A stretch of 64,000 nucleotides of DNA from Takakia lepidozioides. Taxonomy: Eukaryota; Plantae; Bryophyta. A program made the position numbers and the translations under genes. The notes beneath the pieces are model-generated. The model did not search any database and was not told the origin of the DNA. It saw only the letters and a list, made by a program, of their open reading frames with translations. The stretch spans positions 49,910,001 through 49,974,000 of the forward strand of contig CM060732.1 in the NCBI GenBank assembly GCA_030704615.1, in the 5' to 3' direction. Shown here piece by piece: positions 49,200 through 61,314 of this stretch. How positions within the stretch are numbered: the stretch's first letter is position 1; every line of letters starts with the position of its first letter.

Positions 49200-51560
49200 T
49201 CAATGGGCAATTGAATGGTTGCCCATCCAAATGATTTTTGTTTGCTTTCAATCTTTGCCACTATGTTCAACATACCATGTATCAAGTCCCGGACTAATAT
49301 CAGATTAATCAAAATTCATTCGATGGCTCAACAGATGGTTGGCCATCGAAATGATTTTGGTTCGCTTTGAGACTTGGCCACTATGTTCAATGTGCCATGT
49401 AAGAGGCCGCAGAGTAATATGAGATCAATCGAAATTCGTTGAATGGGCCAACGGATGGTTGCCCATCCAAATGATTTCCGTTCGCTTTGAAACTTGGTCA
49501 GTGTGTTCAATGTACCATCTGATACGTCCCAGTGTAATACGAGATCAATAAAAAATCGTTCGATTGTCCAATGAGGCGTTCACTTGTCATCTGGTTTTTG
49601 TTCAATGCGAACAAAAAAATCCTGCAATGTGTGCACGGCTATTGCACCCATTGAACGGATGTGGTTGAAGCCCCTCTTTTGCCCGCATGTGCTTGAACAT
49701 GTGTGCGACACATGTGCGGAGACACAACAGACGAATAAATCATTTGCCTCCCCATCGACGCACTCCCCCCTCAAGCCATTCCACAATTTAATTGAATTTA
49801 AATTTATTTTAAGCCAATAAATAGGTTTGCACTGTCTTTCAGTGGGGGTTTTTGGCACGTAGCAATTGTTTTTGGCTCAATTTCGTTCTGCGGCTTCCAG
49901 CATCCCACGGCTACTCCCCCGCCAAAATTTGGACCAATGAAAGATGCCCCCAAAAAAAATGTACTCTTCGCTCATTATTGCAGAACTCTCTATGAAGAGT
50001 GCATGAAGTAGAACACAAATCAAGTTTGGAGTGCAAAACAGAGAAGAAACTATGGTTTTGGGTCCAAATGAATTTTGATCGCTCCCAAATCTGGCACGCA
50101 CGTTGTATATGGCTACATTACACGCCCCATTCAAAAACAGAATGAAAAAAAAATCGTGAGCACGCAAAACACAGTCCAATAGGTCCCAAAGCAATAGCAG
50201 ATCCAACAGAATACATTCAACGGGTGAACGGATGGTTGCCCATCCAAATCATTTTTGTTAGCTTCCAAACTTTGCCAGCACGTTTGAGACACCCTCTCAC
50301 AGGTCCCGGACTAATATCAGATCAATCAAAATTTATTTGATGGCTCAACGGATGGTTGGCCATCGAAATGATTTTGGTTCGCTTTGAGACTTGGCCACTA
50401 TGTTCAATGTGTCATGTAAGAGGCCCCAAAGTAATATGAGATTAATCGAAATTCGTTCAATGGGCCAACGGATGGTTGCCAAATGATTTTCGTTCGCTTT
50501 GAAACTTGGCGAGTGTGTTCAATGTACCCTCTGATACATCCCAATGTAATACGAGATCAATCGAAATTTGTTTGATTGTCCAATGAGGCGTTCACTTGTC
50601 ATCTGGTTTTTGTTCAATGCGAAAAAGAAATCCTGCAATGCGTGCACGGCTATTGTACCCTTTGAACGGATGTGGTTGAAGCCCCTATTTTGCCCACATG
50701 TGCTTGAACATGTGTGCGACACATGTGCGAAGACACAACAGACGAATAAATCATTTGCCTCCCCATCGACGCGCTCCCCCCTCAAGCCATTTCACAATTT
50801 AATTGAATTTAAATTTATTTTAATCCAATAAATAGGTTTGCACTGCCTTTCATTGGGGGGTTTTGGCACGTATCGATTTTGTTTTTGGCTCAATTTTGTT
50901 CTGCGGCTTCCAACATCCCACCACTACTCCCCCGCCAAATTTTGGACCAATTAAAAATGCCCCCCCCAAAAAAATGTTCACTTCGCTCACTATTGCAGAA
51001 CTCTCTATGTAGAGTGCATGAAGTAGAACACAAATCAAGTTTGGAGTGCAAAACAGGGAAGAAACTGTGGTTTTGGGTCCAAATGAATTCACGTTGCATA
51101 TGGCTACATTACACACCCTATTAAAAAACGGAATGAAAAAAAAATCGTGAGCACGCGAAACACAGTCCAATAGGTCCCAAAGCAATAGCAGATCCAACAG
51201 AATACATTCAACGGGTGAACGGATGGTTGCCCATCCAAATCATTTTTGTTTGCTTCCAAACTTTGCTAGTACGTTCGAGACACCCTCTCACAGGTCCCGG
51301 ACTAATATCAGATCAATCAAAATTCATTCGATGGCTCAACGGATGGTTGGCCATCAAAATGATTTTGGTTCGCTTTGAGACTTGGCCACTATGTTCAATG
51401 TGTCATGTAAGAGGCCCCAAAGTAATATGAGTTCAATCAAAATTCGTTGAATGGGCCAACGGATGGTTGCCCATCCAAATGATTTTCGTTCGCTTTGAAA
51501 CTTGGCCAGTGTGTTTAATGTACCCTCTGATACGTCCTAGTGTAATATGAGATCAATCAA
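49200..51560. repeat. Higher-order tandem repeat: about 1-kb unit x 2.3, each starting with 3 x 120-bp subunits
   Basis: Duplicated ORF pairs 49584/50568 and 49877/50850. The 120-bp subunits contain GGATGG-N4-CCATCC. Confidence 0.88.
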
Positions 51561-52066
51561 AATTATTTTATGCTTTGAGAACTTTGTGGGTATGTTCGTA
51601 GAAAGATCATAGATTTTGCGAAATGATTATGAAATACGCAAGGACCGGGCGAAATTTGTTTGGAAGACGACCGTTCGTAACTCGTTATAACTTATTTGTT
51701 AACATCAATTTTTCTTGTTCTCCAGCTTTCGGAGTTCATTGCAAATACCCACATACACGTCATGACCAAATATGACACCATTGTAAATTTGTTTACAGGG
51801 TGAACTACTTCTTCCCCATCACACGAGTGTAAATGTGAAGAAAATGCTGCTCATGCAATTGAAATTGGCAGGTGCCGCACATGTGCATTGTGTGATTGAT
51901 GATATACAAACTTGGCAGAATGCCATCACTGTGTTTTCCAACAATATTCAAGGTACAACAAAAATGCATATTGTATATGTACTACGCTGCCAGTCATTAA
52001 AAGCCTAGTCGTCACTGTCCAAGGATGTGAAATTTGATGTTGTGGCCTGATTTGCACTGCCAATTG

Positions 52067-52830
52067 CTAGAGCTTGCGACCGTGATCTCGTGGTAACTTC
52101 CTCGTGGTCTCCGTAACTTCCTGAATGATGAGGTCAATACTGCGATCGGGCATTGCAAACTTCGTGTCCATGTTCACGACGTTTGTTCGATCCTCATTGT
52201 GGACAACAATGCCTTCATTGTTTGGAGGCATGTCTTGCAATCTAGCTTCCAACTCGGCTATGCGCAATGTTTGCCAGTCTAGTCGGTCCTAATTCACTGG
52301 TCTCTTTCCGCCAGTTGTTCCTCTAACGTTGCAGCCGGTTGTATTCCGAACGTGTCCGGGATGTATTCAAAATCGTATAGCAACCTTGCGTTCCTCCTAC
52401 TAGCAGTTTGCCAATTCACTGGACGCAAGAATATGACCTCCACGTACAACATGGCTGCCAAGGTGTACGGGATTTGACCCTTTAAGAGAGATTGACCCCA
52501 CAATGTGCAATGCACCTCATTCGCCCTATGTTGGAAATGCAAGTTCGTGCAAGACCTCGACTCTGCGTAATTGTTTCAGGTTTGCACGCCATGCCTATCT
52601 AAAGGCCACAATCGATTGATGTGGTACCATTTCACGAATTTTTTGCATCTCGCCATCGGCCACCGGAACTCTTCCGGAACATCCTCCCAGCCCTCTTCTG
52701 CTAGTATGCTAGGGTCACCAAATACTTCCCAATTCAAGTCTTGCCTTGACCCTTTGATTTTCTTAGGGGGCGGTCCATGTTCATTGGGGTCATCACTTCC
52801 ATGACGGTCATCGTCCTGGCCCTGTGCCAT
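52067..52830 (-). pseudogene. Uncharacterised accessory protein of the giant element, fragmented
   Basis: Consecutive ORFs 52576-52830 (ATG, PPPKKIK NLS-like), 52294-52542 (RANEVHCTLW..IPYTLAAMLYVEVIFLRPVNW) and 52067-52267 (coiled-coil-like RIAELEARL). Confidence 0.6.
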
Positions 52831-53200
52831 TCTACAACAATCGGAGCAACACTAAACGAGGTTTTCTAAAAAGACGTAACTCTAAACCCTTCCCCCGTTA
52901 AGTAGGTTTGAGTAGGTGTCAAAATAGTTCCTAAAAGCTAATTTTGTAGAATAAAATGATCCTCGAAGCCAGAGGAAGGCCTATGGGAGCATTCTGCAAC
53001 GACTTCACAGAAATCGTGGCAAAAAATACCTCATACCCAACCAATGGCCTCATTCTCCACGTGACTACGTGTCGTGGAATAATGAAATGTCACGCACACA
53101 GAAGTTGTGTGGAGAGGAAGTGAGGGGAGAATAAGCCTCCCTTGGCTTATTTCCCCCTCCGCTCTCATTTCTCGGGCCACGTGAAGGGCGAATCTTCTAG

Positions 53201-54972
53201 AAGCGACCGCCAACTTGGCGGTCGCTCGATTTTTCGGAAAATAGAAAAATAAGCGATCGCCAGAACTGGCGGTCGCTCCATTTTCCGGATAAATAAAAAA
53301 ACTGCGACCGCAAGAACAGGCGGTCGCTCCATTTTTCGGAAATAAAATAAATAAGCGACCGCCAACATAGGCGGTCGCTTCATTTTCAAAAACTTTAAAA
53401 TAAATAAGCGACCGCCAACATGGGCGGTCGCTTCATTTTCAAAAATTTAAAAAAAAATAAACGACCGCCAACATGGGCGGTCGCTTCATTTTCAAAACAT
53501 TTAAAAAAAATAAGCGACCGCCAACATAGGCGGTCGCATCATTATCAAAAACTTTAAAATAAATAAGCGACCACCAACATCGGCGGTCGCTTTAGTTTCA
53601 AAAACATAAAAAAAAATAAGCGACTGCCAACATAGGCGGTTACTTCATTTTCAAAATATTTAAAAAAAAAAAACAACCGCCAACATAGGCGGTCGCTTCA
53701 TTAAAAAAAACTTTAAAAAAAATAAGCGACCGCCAACATAGGCAATTGCTTCATTAAAAAAATTTAAAAAAAAATAAGCGACCGCCAACATAGGCGGTCG
53801 CTTCATTTTCAAAAACTTAAAAAAAAATAAGCGACCGCCAAAATAGGCGGTCGCTTCATTTTTAATTTTTAAAAAATAAATAAACGACCGCCAGCATAGG
53901 TGGTCGCTTCATTTTCAAAACATTTAAAATAAATAAGCGACCGCCAACATAGGCGGTCGCTTCATTTTTCAAAAACTTTAAAATAAATAAGCAACCGCCA
54001 ACACAGGCGGTCGCTTCATTTTCAAAAACTTAAAAAAAAAATAAGCGACTACAAACATAGGCGGTCGCTTCATTTAAAAAAAAAAAACAAAAAAAAAACG
54101 ACCGCCTGCATAGGCGGTCGCTTCATTTTCAAAACATTTAAAATAAATAAGCGACCGCCAACATAGGCGGTCGATTCATTTTCAAAAACTTTAAAATAAA
54201 TAAGCGACCGCCAACATAGGCGGTCCCTTCATTTTCAGAACATTTAAAATAAATAGGCAACCGCCAACATAGGCGGTCGCTTTATTTTCGAAAAAATTAA
54301 AATAAAAGCGACCGCCAGCAATGGCTGTCGCTTGATTTTCAAAACAATTAAAATAGAAGCGACCGCCAGTCATGGCTGACGCTTGATTTTCAAAAACATT
54401 TAAATAAAAGCGACTGTCAATAATGGCGGTCGCTTCATTTTCATTTTCGTAACAATTAAAATAAATGCGACCGCCACTAATGGCGGTCGTTGCAATTACA
54501 AAAAACAACAATACCGGCAGACCTCGTAGAAGCGACCGCCACCATGGTGGTCGCTCCATTTAAAAACAAAAAAAAAACGACCGCCACAAATGGCGGTCGC
54601 TCCATTTTGCCAAAAAAAAGAAAAAAAACGACCGCCAGTAATGGCGGTCGCTGCATTTATAAAAACAAAAAAAAACTTCAAGCAACCGGAAGTGAGGGAA
54701 GAATGTCCCGGAGCTTATATGCCCCCCTCCTCCCGCCTCACTCCTCGCTCTATGCGCAGGGCACACTTCGTAGAAACAACAATAACGGCGACCGCCCCTA
54801 ATGACGGTCGCTCCATTTTGCTCCAAAAAAACAAAAAAGCGACCGCCAGTAACGGCGGTCGCTTCATTTCCAAAATAATGACTGGGAGCTTATATCCCCC
54901 CCCCCCTCCCCTTCCTCGCTCCACGCAGAGGGCAGACCTCGTAGAAGCGACCGCCACCTTGGCGGTCGCTCC
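53201..54972. repeat. Internal array of about 31 palindromes AAGCGACCGCC-AACATA-GGCGGTCGCTT, period about 52-53 bp
   Basis: Units at 53353, 53406, 53460, 53512, 53565, 53618 ... 54202, 54255, with A/T-tract spacers. Confidence 0.95.
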
Positions 54973-55243
54973 ATTTAAATAAAAATGAATGCACAGTTGG
55001 AAGCATAGCACAATTGTTATCCATTCCACAAGCAAATCACCGAACACAAACATGAGCAAATGACGGTGCCTTTGGCCGACATTTTGGCTGGTATACACAT
55101 GGGCAACATCTTTTATTTTTCAACACATACACAACAACAATACAAATACTCATAGTGACAATGATCACATTGGTATTACTTCAGTATAAAAATATAAACA
55201 TGTCCACTAAAAAGTGCTGATGCATGCCTACAGCTGTTTTGCT

Positions 55244-58200
55244 TCAATTCCTTCTACTGCTTCGACGGCGGGACGAAGAAGATCCTAATCCTAATGCTCC
55301 GATGGGTTGAAAATCCGGGTCACCCTCGACTTCACCACCGTTGCCATGATCAGTGCTGGAATCGTCCTCCCTATCCGACCTCATATGTCCAGGCCTTTGA
55401 ATCTGCAAGCGACCTCGAACCACATTTAGTTCTCTCTGAGGTCGACTCCCGCTTCGGTCTTGAATACCATCCACGGTATCTGCCCTGTTTGTGGGCCGAT
55501 CGCCTACAAAAGGATGGACTGTTCTCTGTCGTTTATGGACTTGGGCCGCAATCGAAGGTGGTCTCGAAGGAGGTATCGGAGGAGGGACTGCCCGAGATGG
55601 ACCGGCATTAGATGGTCGGCATGTGAGGAACCACGGGTCTGCTGCGCAACACGTCGGTTAAGGTTGAATTGTAGGGGGAGGTTGTCATCATCCAAGGCTT
55701 CAACTTCCACCCGGTCCAATGCAGCAGAATGATGCATGTGTGTGGAAAACAGATCAACACTGTTGCTCCTTAATGCCCGCTGTGTTGATGAGGAACTGGA
55801 TCGGTTTTGGCATTGTGGTAGAGCTGGTCGTATCGGTGAGACATGATTCCGTCTCGTCGACTGTACAATGGGTTCGACACCATCGTTTGTATGAACAGGG
55901 TTGCGTACGTCGATCGGTTCTGGCAGTACATCACCCCTAAGCTCCATTGGGGCACTACCGGTGGCTTCAGCGTGTAATGGGGGGCGAGGGTCGACCCCAA
56001 CTTCATTCTGAGGACCATGTTCTGGGGATGACACAATTGCAGCTTCACCTTCATCTGCGATACGCACTTCTTCAAGAAGGTCATCAAAGGTCGGCTGGAT
56101 ATAAACATCCTCCTCTGTGAATGTAAACAGGTCATACGCATTTTCGGGAGCATCATCGGATCCATCTTCACTATCGGAGGCAGATGATTCCCTCTGAGAT
56201 GATTATCTCTGAGGCTCAGTATCGTCACTCATCGAATCAGCCTCAGAAGCAGAGTCTTCGGAATGCAAATTCCTTTCATACCATGCTGCAGCATCATCCA
56301 TTGCCCTCTCACGTAGCAGTCGGCAATTGGTATACACATACACCAATTTGTCAGCCCTCGCGAGATTCAACCTGTTGCGAATCTTGTTGTGAATAAATGA
56401 GTAACTGCTCCAATTACGTTGGCAAGATGAGGCAGAGCACGCTTGAGCAAGAATTTGCTTCGCAATGGGAGCCAATGTTCTTGCTCCAGCTCCAATTAGA
56501 TCCCACCATTCATGTGGCAACATATTGAGCTCTTTTGGATCCGGCATGTCCTCAAAATGGTCGCGGCGAGAAGCATTGGTACTCGGATATAGCTCTCTCT
56601 GCATGGTTCGGCGGAGCCAGTTGCATGAGCACTCGCACGAGGCCGGCCTTGGCATCAGCTTCGTCTCGGAGCATGGTATTGTCGAGCAAGAATGGATTGA
56701 ACAAAGCCCCCGCATAATGCAAGTCCGTTCGAACCATCGAACGACGGTCGTAAAATGCATCCTCAGCACTGTCCGCAAGTTCAGGTTCCAAGGAGAAGGG
56801 ATGATGCCTCAAGGATTGGACGTGCTTCTCAAGATTCTGCATTAGTAACCATGCCTTGCCCATTACTGGTTGCTTTCTATCAAACTCCCGCAAGACGATT
56901 AATACCGGCTCTACCATATAAACAAAGTTTTCACATTTCTTCCAGAAATCATCGTTGCGAATGTTATTTCGAACTTTTCGACTTTTGCCCAATGACTTGG
57001 TTTTTCTGGAGTCCCGCAATGTCCGTGTGTACGCATCCCATTGAGGATCGATGATGATATGCTCCAGACTGATCTTCACCGTCACCAACCGATCCACCAT
57101 CAAGAAGTTAGTGGCAAAACGAGTTTCGCCTGGATTGCGGAGGCTGTATTTGGGTTCGTGCCTCCTATATATTGCCAACGAAAAGTGGTGTGTACGGATG
57201 AACGACACAACAATCTTCGCTCGCTTGACAAGTTGTTTCACCCACTGTTCTTTTCCCCAATCTTCCAAAAGAAGGTCAAGGATATGAACAGCACAACCTT
57301 GATAGTACATATGGGGATAACGTGTCAACAACATGTCTGCAGTGTTTATCATGTTAGCGACATTGTCTGTGCATATTTGCATGATTCTATCACTTCCGAC
57401 TTGTTTGATGAAGTTCGTCAATAGTTGGCATTGATAACGTCTATATTTCTTCTCGCCACTAGTGTCGACCGATCCCAAGAATTGTTCCCCAGCTGGACAT
57501 ACGAGCATGACATTGAACAACGGTCTGTTTGTGACAGAACTCCAACCATCGGCACATATATTGCTTCTATATTTTCTGATGCACTCGCCCGTCCTATCGT
57601 TGACCTTTTGGGTAAGCTCGGTCATGACGTCTTCTAGCAATCCTGTGCGGAGATTGTGATAAGTCGGAGGTACGTACGTGGATCTGGACTCCGAGGTTTC
57701 TCTAACGACAGAAACAAATGTCGGAAGCATTGCCACATTAAATAGTATGTTGGCCTCGAAGAAAAACTGCGCCCATTTTTTATCCAACTGTCTTTTCGTA
57801 GACAAATTAAGACCTTCTTGCATGGATTGCTGCCGTAATTCTCTACTCCGTTGAAGTGTAGGGGTACAAAGAGGTGTTGAAGCAGGTGTTGCTCCGACAC
57901 AACCCACTTGTCCAAGGACACCCGAAGCCTCACAAGAGTCGCCCTGGGTACTAATTGGGGCATCATGACGGGAAGATGGAGTGTTCTGCTCAGAGGTCAT
58001 GTCCAGATCCAAAGACAATGAAATATTGCCTCCATACTGGGCAAAATGGCTTTTTACCTGCATAAATGCTTTGGGGCATAAACCCAACCCAACGCTCTTT
58101 ACACCTTTATAGCCGAGGTGAGCGAACAACCGATCCTTACGATAAGAAAGCTTTAATCCACATAGGTTGCACTCAACACTACCAATGACACTGACAATGT

Positions 58201-58246
58201 TCGGGATTGCCGTATACCAAGGGCTCCATTCCTCCCTCATCTTCAC
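55244..58246 (-). pseudogene. hAT transposase (BED-like finger, DUF659 core, dimerisation domain) with long acidic C-terminal tail
   Basis: CNLC..LFAHL, ICADGW, ICTDN, CAVHILDLL, ETRFATNF, HEWW..SASSCQRNWS (catalytic E replaced by Q), RNRL..KLVYV. Frameshift at about 56560; stop at 56203 read through in frame into 55504-56067. Confidence 0.92.
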
Positions 58247-58664
58247 CCAATATCCACTCTCCTGGGACCTAGCGATGCAAGCAACAAAAAATAGTTACCT
58301 ATAAATGAACGTGTTGTGAATGTAGAGTGCAATGCGATAGCCCAACATTTCTACACCTATCAGCAACCCAAATGGGTCGATGTGGGTTGTAGTGTTGAGC
58401 TTATACACAATCTGCTAAAGCGGCAATGGTGGAAGCCACAACGGCAAAATGTGCACACCCTCCTCTTGGGCTACACTCTCGTTCAATGGAAGAGAACATC
58501 CAAAACAACCTCAAGTGTTTGCGCCAAAAGAAGTGAGGAACTTGGTGACCCTCCTCCCTTATATATGATCCAAGAGGGATGAAAGTGAAATGAATAAATG
58601 ACGAATCAATAGCGCCCACCCGAAAAAGGATGTACAACCATATTTGTTGTAATTTTGAAATTAA

Positions 58665-59320
58665 GTGACCGCTAATACTACGGTCCGTATTTTTATTTTT
58701 TATGAAAAACAAGCGACCGCCACTACTGCGGTCGCTTTTATTGCTATTGTTTTTTCAAAATATAATGCGACTGCCAGTATGGCGGTCGCTTCATTTGTTG
58801 ATATATTTAAAGTAAAGCGACCGCCAATATGGTGGTTGCTTTTATTTTTAATATTTTGAAAAAAACGTGACCGCTTTTTTAATTTCGAAAAACAAAACGA
58901 CCGCCATAATTGGCGGTTGCGTTCATTTTGTTAATTTTCAAAAATGTATGCCACCGTGCGACCGCCAATACGGTAGTCGCTTGTTTTCTTTTTTAAATTA
59001 GGCGACCGCCAATACGACCGCCAATTTTGTTTTTTTAAAGCAATAAATTGAAGCGACCGCCAACATAGCGGTCGCTATTTGTTTTTTTAATTCAAAAAAT
59101 AAGGCAACCGCCAGTGCGACCGCCAATCTTGCTTTAAAAAATAAAACATTTGAAGCGACCGCCAATATGTCGGTCGCTACTTCTTTTTCTATTTTGAAAA
59201 ATAAGGCGACCGCCAGTGCGACCGCCAATCTTGCTTTAAAAAAATAAAAATTGAAGCGACCGCCAATACGACGGTCGATATTTTTTTAATTTTGAAAAAC
59301 AAAGCAAATTGGCGGTCGTG
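58665..59320. repeat. Right array of GCGACCGCC-based palindromes and half-sites (about 13 units)
   Basis: For example AAGCGACCGCCAACATAGCGGTCGCT at about 59051. Lies upstream of the transposase gene. Confidence 0.9.
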
Positions 59321-59989
59321 TTCATTTTGTTAATTTTTAAAATATATTTGCCACCGCCACCGTGTCGGCGACGTGGCTGCTTAAGTGGCAGTATTTTACC
59401 TGGTACTATTTTTACTAGAATATTCCCCGAACCTGACGTGACGGAGGTCCTGTCAGCGTCATGTCTGACGTGACCTGACGCTGATGGACGGACGTGACGC
59501 TGATAACCGGACGATCTAGACCGTCGGCAAAAAGTACCATGTCAAAAAAATATGGGCGGGCTTTTCAAATCGGTATAGCATCCGGCAAATTCTGACGATT
59601 TTAGAAAATCAGCCCCGTCGACGTATGTGGAATGACACAATGTGTGCTGTGCACGTCCTTGCTCGTCGGGTTGTAGCACGCTGGCATGCTGAATAGTGAA
59701 CGTGCGTTGAGCAAGCATATGACTCCCCAAGAGAGGAAAGATGCAAAACTCCCAAAAGTCATAATGCACACGTGCAAAAGTGCCGGTGGAATCCACCGAA
59801 CGGGTTTAGTTCCACGGTGATGCATGGAAATGGGTGTGAATAGATGTGACCCGTGGTCAATGGATATGACCCGTGATCAAACCCATTTTTGGATGATGTC
59901 ATGTAACGGGAATGGGTTTACACGGAAGGTAACCCTAAGGACTCCATGAGGAGGAAGAAGTGCCAAGATACAACATACCCTACATTTCT

Positions 59990-60200
59990 TTTATTTATCC
60001 TCAACTATTAAACATTTATGTGCGGGTAAAGGGTATATGAATATTATTTACCCTTCAGACGGGGTAAGAGTAAGGGTATTATTTATCCATCTGAAGGGTA
60101 AATGTAAGGATAAATAAAATGGGCCAACCCGGATAAATCAGTTACCCTTACCCTGATTTATCCGCCGTGTAAATCCGGGTGGTTTACCCTCACAACACTG
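59990..60200. mobile_element. One end of a hAT/MITE-like element
   Basis: Terminal CAACACTG (reverse complement CAGTGTTG), preceded by many GGGTAA/TTACCC/GGATAAA subterminal motifs. Partner end not seen. Confidence 0.4.
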
Positions 60201-60929
60201 GTCCTAACCATAACCACTGGGCTATATGTTGGATGATAAGTTAATGGACGTTGTTGTAATTGAAATTTTAGACAAGATGAGTTTTGTTGCTAAAAATTGG
60301 TCAGATCCTATGCCTGTCCCCTTAATTTAATTTCTGGGGCCTTAGTCCCTTTTGTTTAAACAAAAAGAAAAGTTACTTGAAGAATTCAGAAGAGATGGTC
60401 AAATCAATAGAAAGGCTTGAAGAAGAGTTTGAGAAAATTTTCATTTCGAAGATATTATTAATTTTTAGTTATGTAGAACATGGTAACCCTTAGTTTCCCA
60501 AGCCAAGCCCTTTTTGGAGTTTTTAACAGTTTTGGGTTCCCAGCGGCAGTAAATTGCCCGCAGAAACCTACCAAAAATCATCCACAGATTCCAGCCATAT
60601 AGAAGTGGGCCCAGCTCATTTATGCACAACATATCAAAAAATGAGCCAATTCCACCGTTGGAATTGTGAGATTATAACATTGGCCCGAACCTCAAATTTC
60701 AGGTCTAAAAGGAGAAGTGGGAAAAAAAAAAGGTTTGACCAAATCAATACCTGGCTTTATCCAATTTTGCTTGCCCCAAGACCCGCCATTTCCAAATCCA
60801 CATTGGAATGGTTACACCCCCTCTAAATTGTAGGTCCAACTGATTTTTTCTTAACTATGGTTGCTTTGTATGTAATTACATAGGGGTTAAAGTCTAAAAA
60901 TTGACAAGGAAAAATGTGAGGGAGGATTC

Positions 60930-61314
60930 TAGAGACAAACATGCAGGTTTCGATCATCTCTGGTTTCTGGGTATATAGATGGTCCATGGAGGCAGGCTGC
61001 ATGTCAAGCAGGGGCAAAGAACTGATGTCTTTCCACTGGTAAGGATAGCGTTGGTTCTGGCATGAGGCCGCAGGGGCAGGACGGAGCTATACTGCGAGGA
61101 AGCAGCCTTCGTTCTGGTCAGTGAGGGCGTGAACAGCTCACAGTGGGTGCGGCAAGCATTGGCGAAGCCAGAGCTGGCCAGGCAAGTTCTTGATGTGAAC
61201 CTGCTGAAGACCACATGTATTGACAAGCTGCTGCTGCAGCTGATGGATGTGGCCATGCTTTGCACACACGAGGTGCCTGATAGACGTTTGGGCGAGCTGG
61301 TGTTCGAGGAGTGA
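60930..61314 (+). pseudogene. Receptor-like kinase C-terminal fragment
   Basis: WVRQ..QVLDVNL..LLQLMDVAMLCTHEVPDRR resembles RLK subdomains X-XI. Upstream sequence is heavily decayed. Confidence 0.55.

Larger units (their letters stand above)
44950..59530. mobile_element. Putative giant (about 15 kb) hAT-transposase-bearing element with kinase and accessory cargo; termini unresolved
   Basis: Mirror architecture: ACGT-rich clusters at about 44970-45060 and 59430-59520 with imperfect inverted similarity, then palindrome arrays, then inward-facing genes with TATA boxes at 45720 (+) and about 58560 (-). The same palindrome recurs internally. Confidence 0.6.

Noticed and set aside
53201-54972. 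CRISPR array (palindromic repeats with regular spacing)
   Set aside because: Spacers are low-complexity A/T tracts homologous to one another. There are no cas genes and the context is a eukaryotic TE.
53165-55098. ORFs with repeated RPPxLAVA peptides
   Set aside because: Translation artefacts of the palindrome array.
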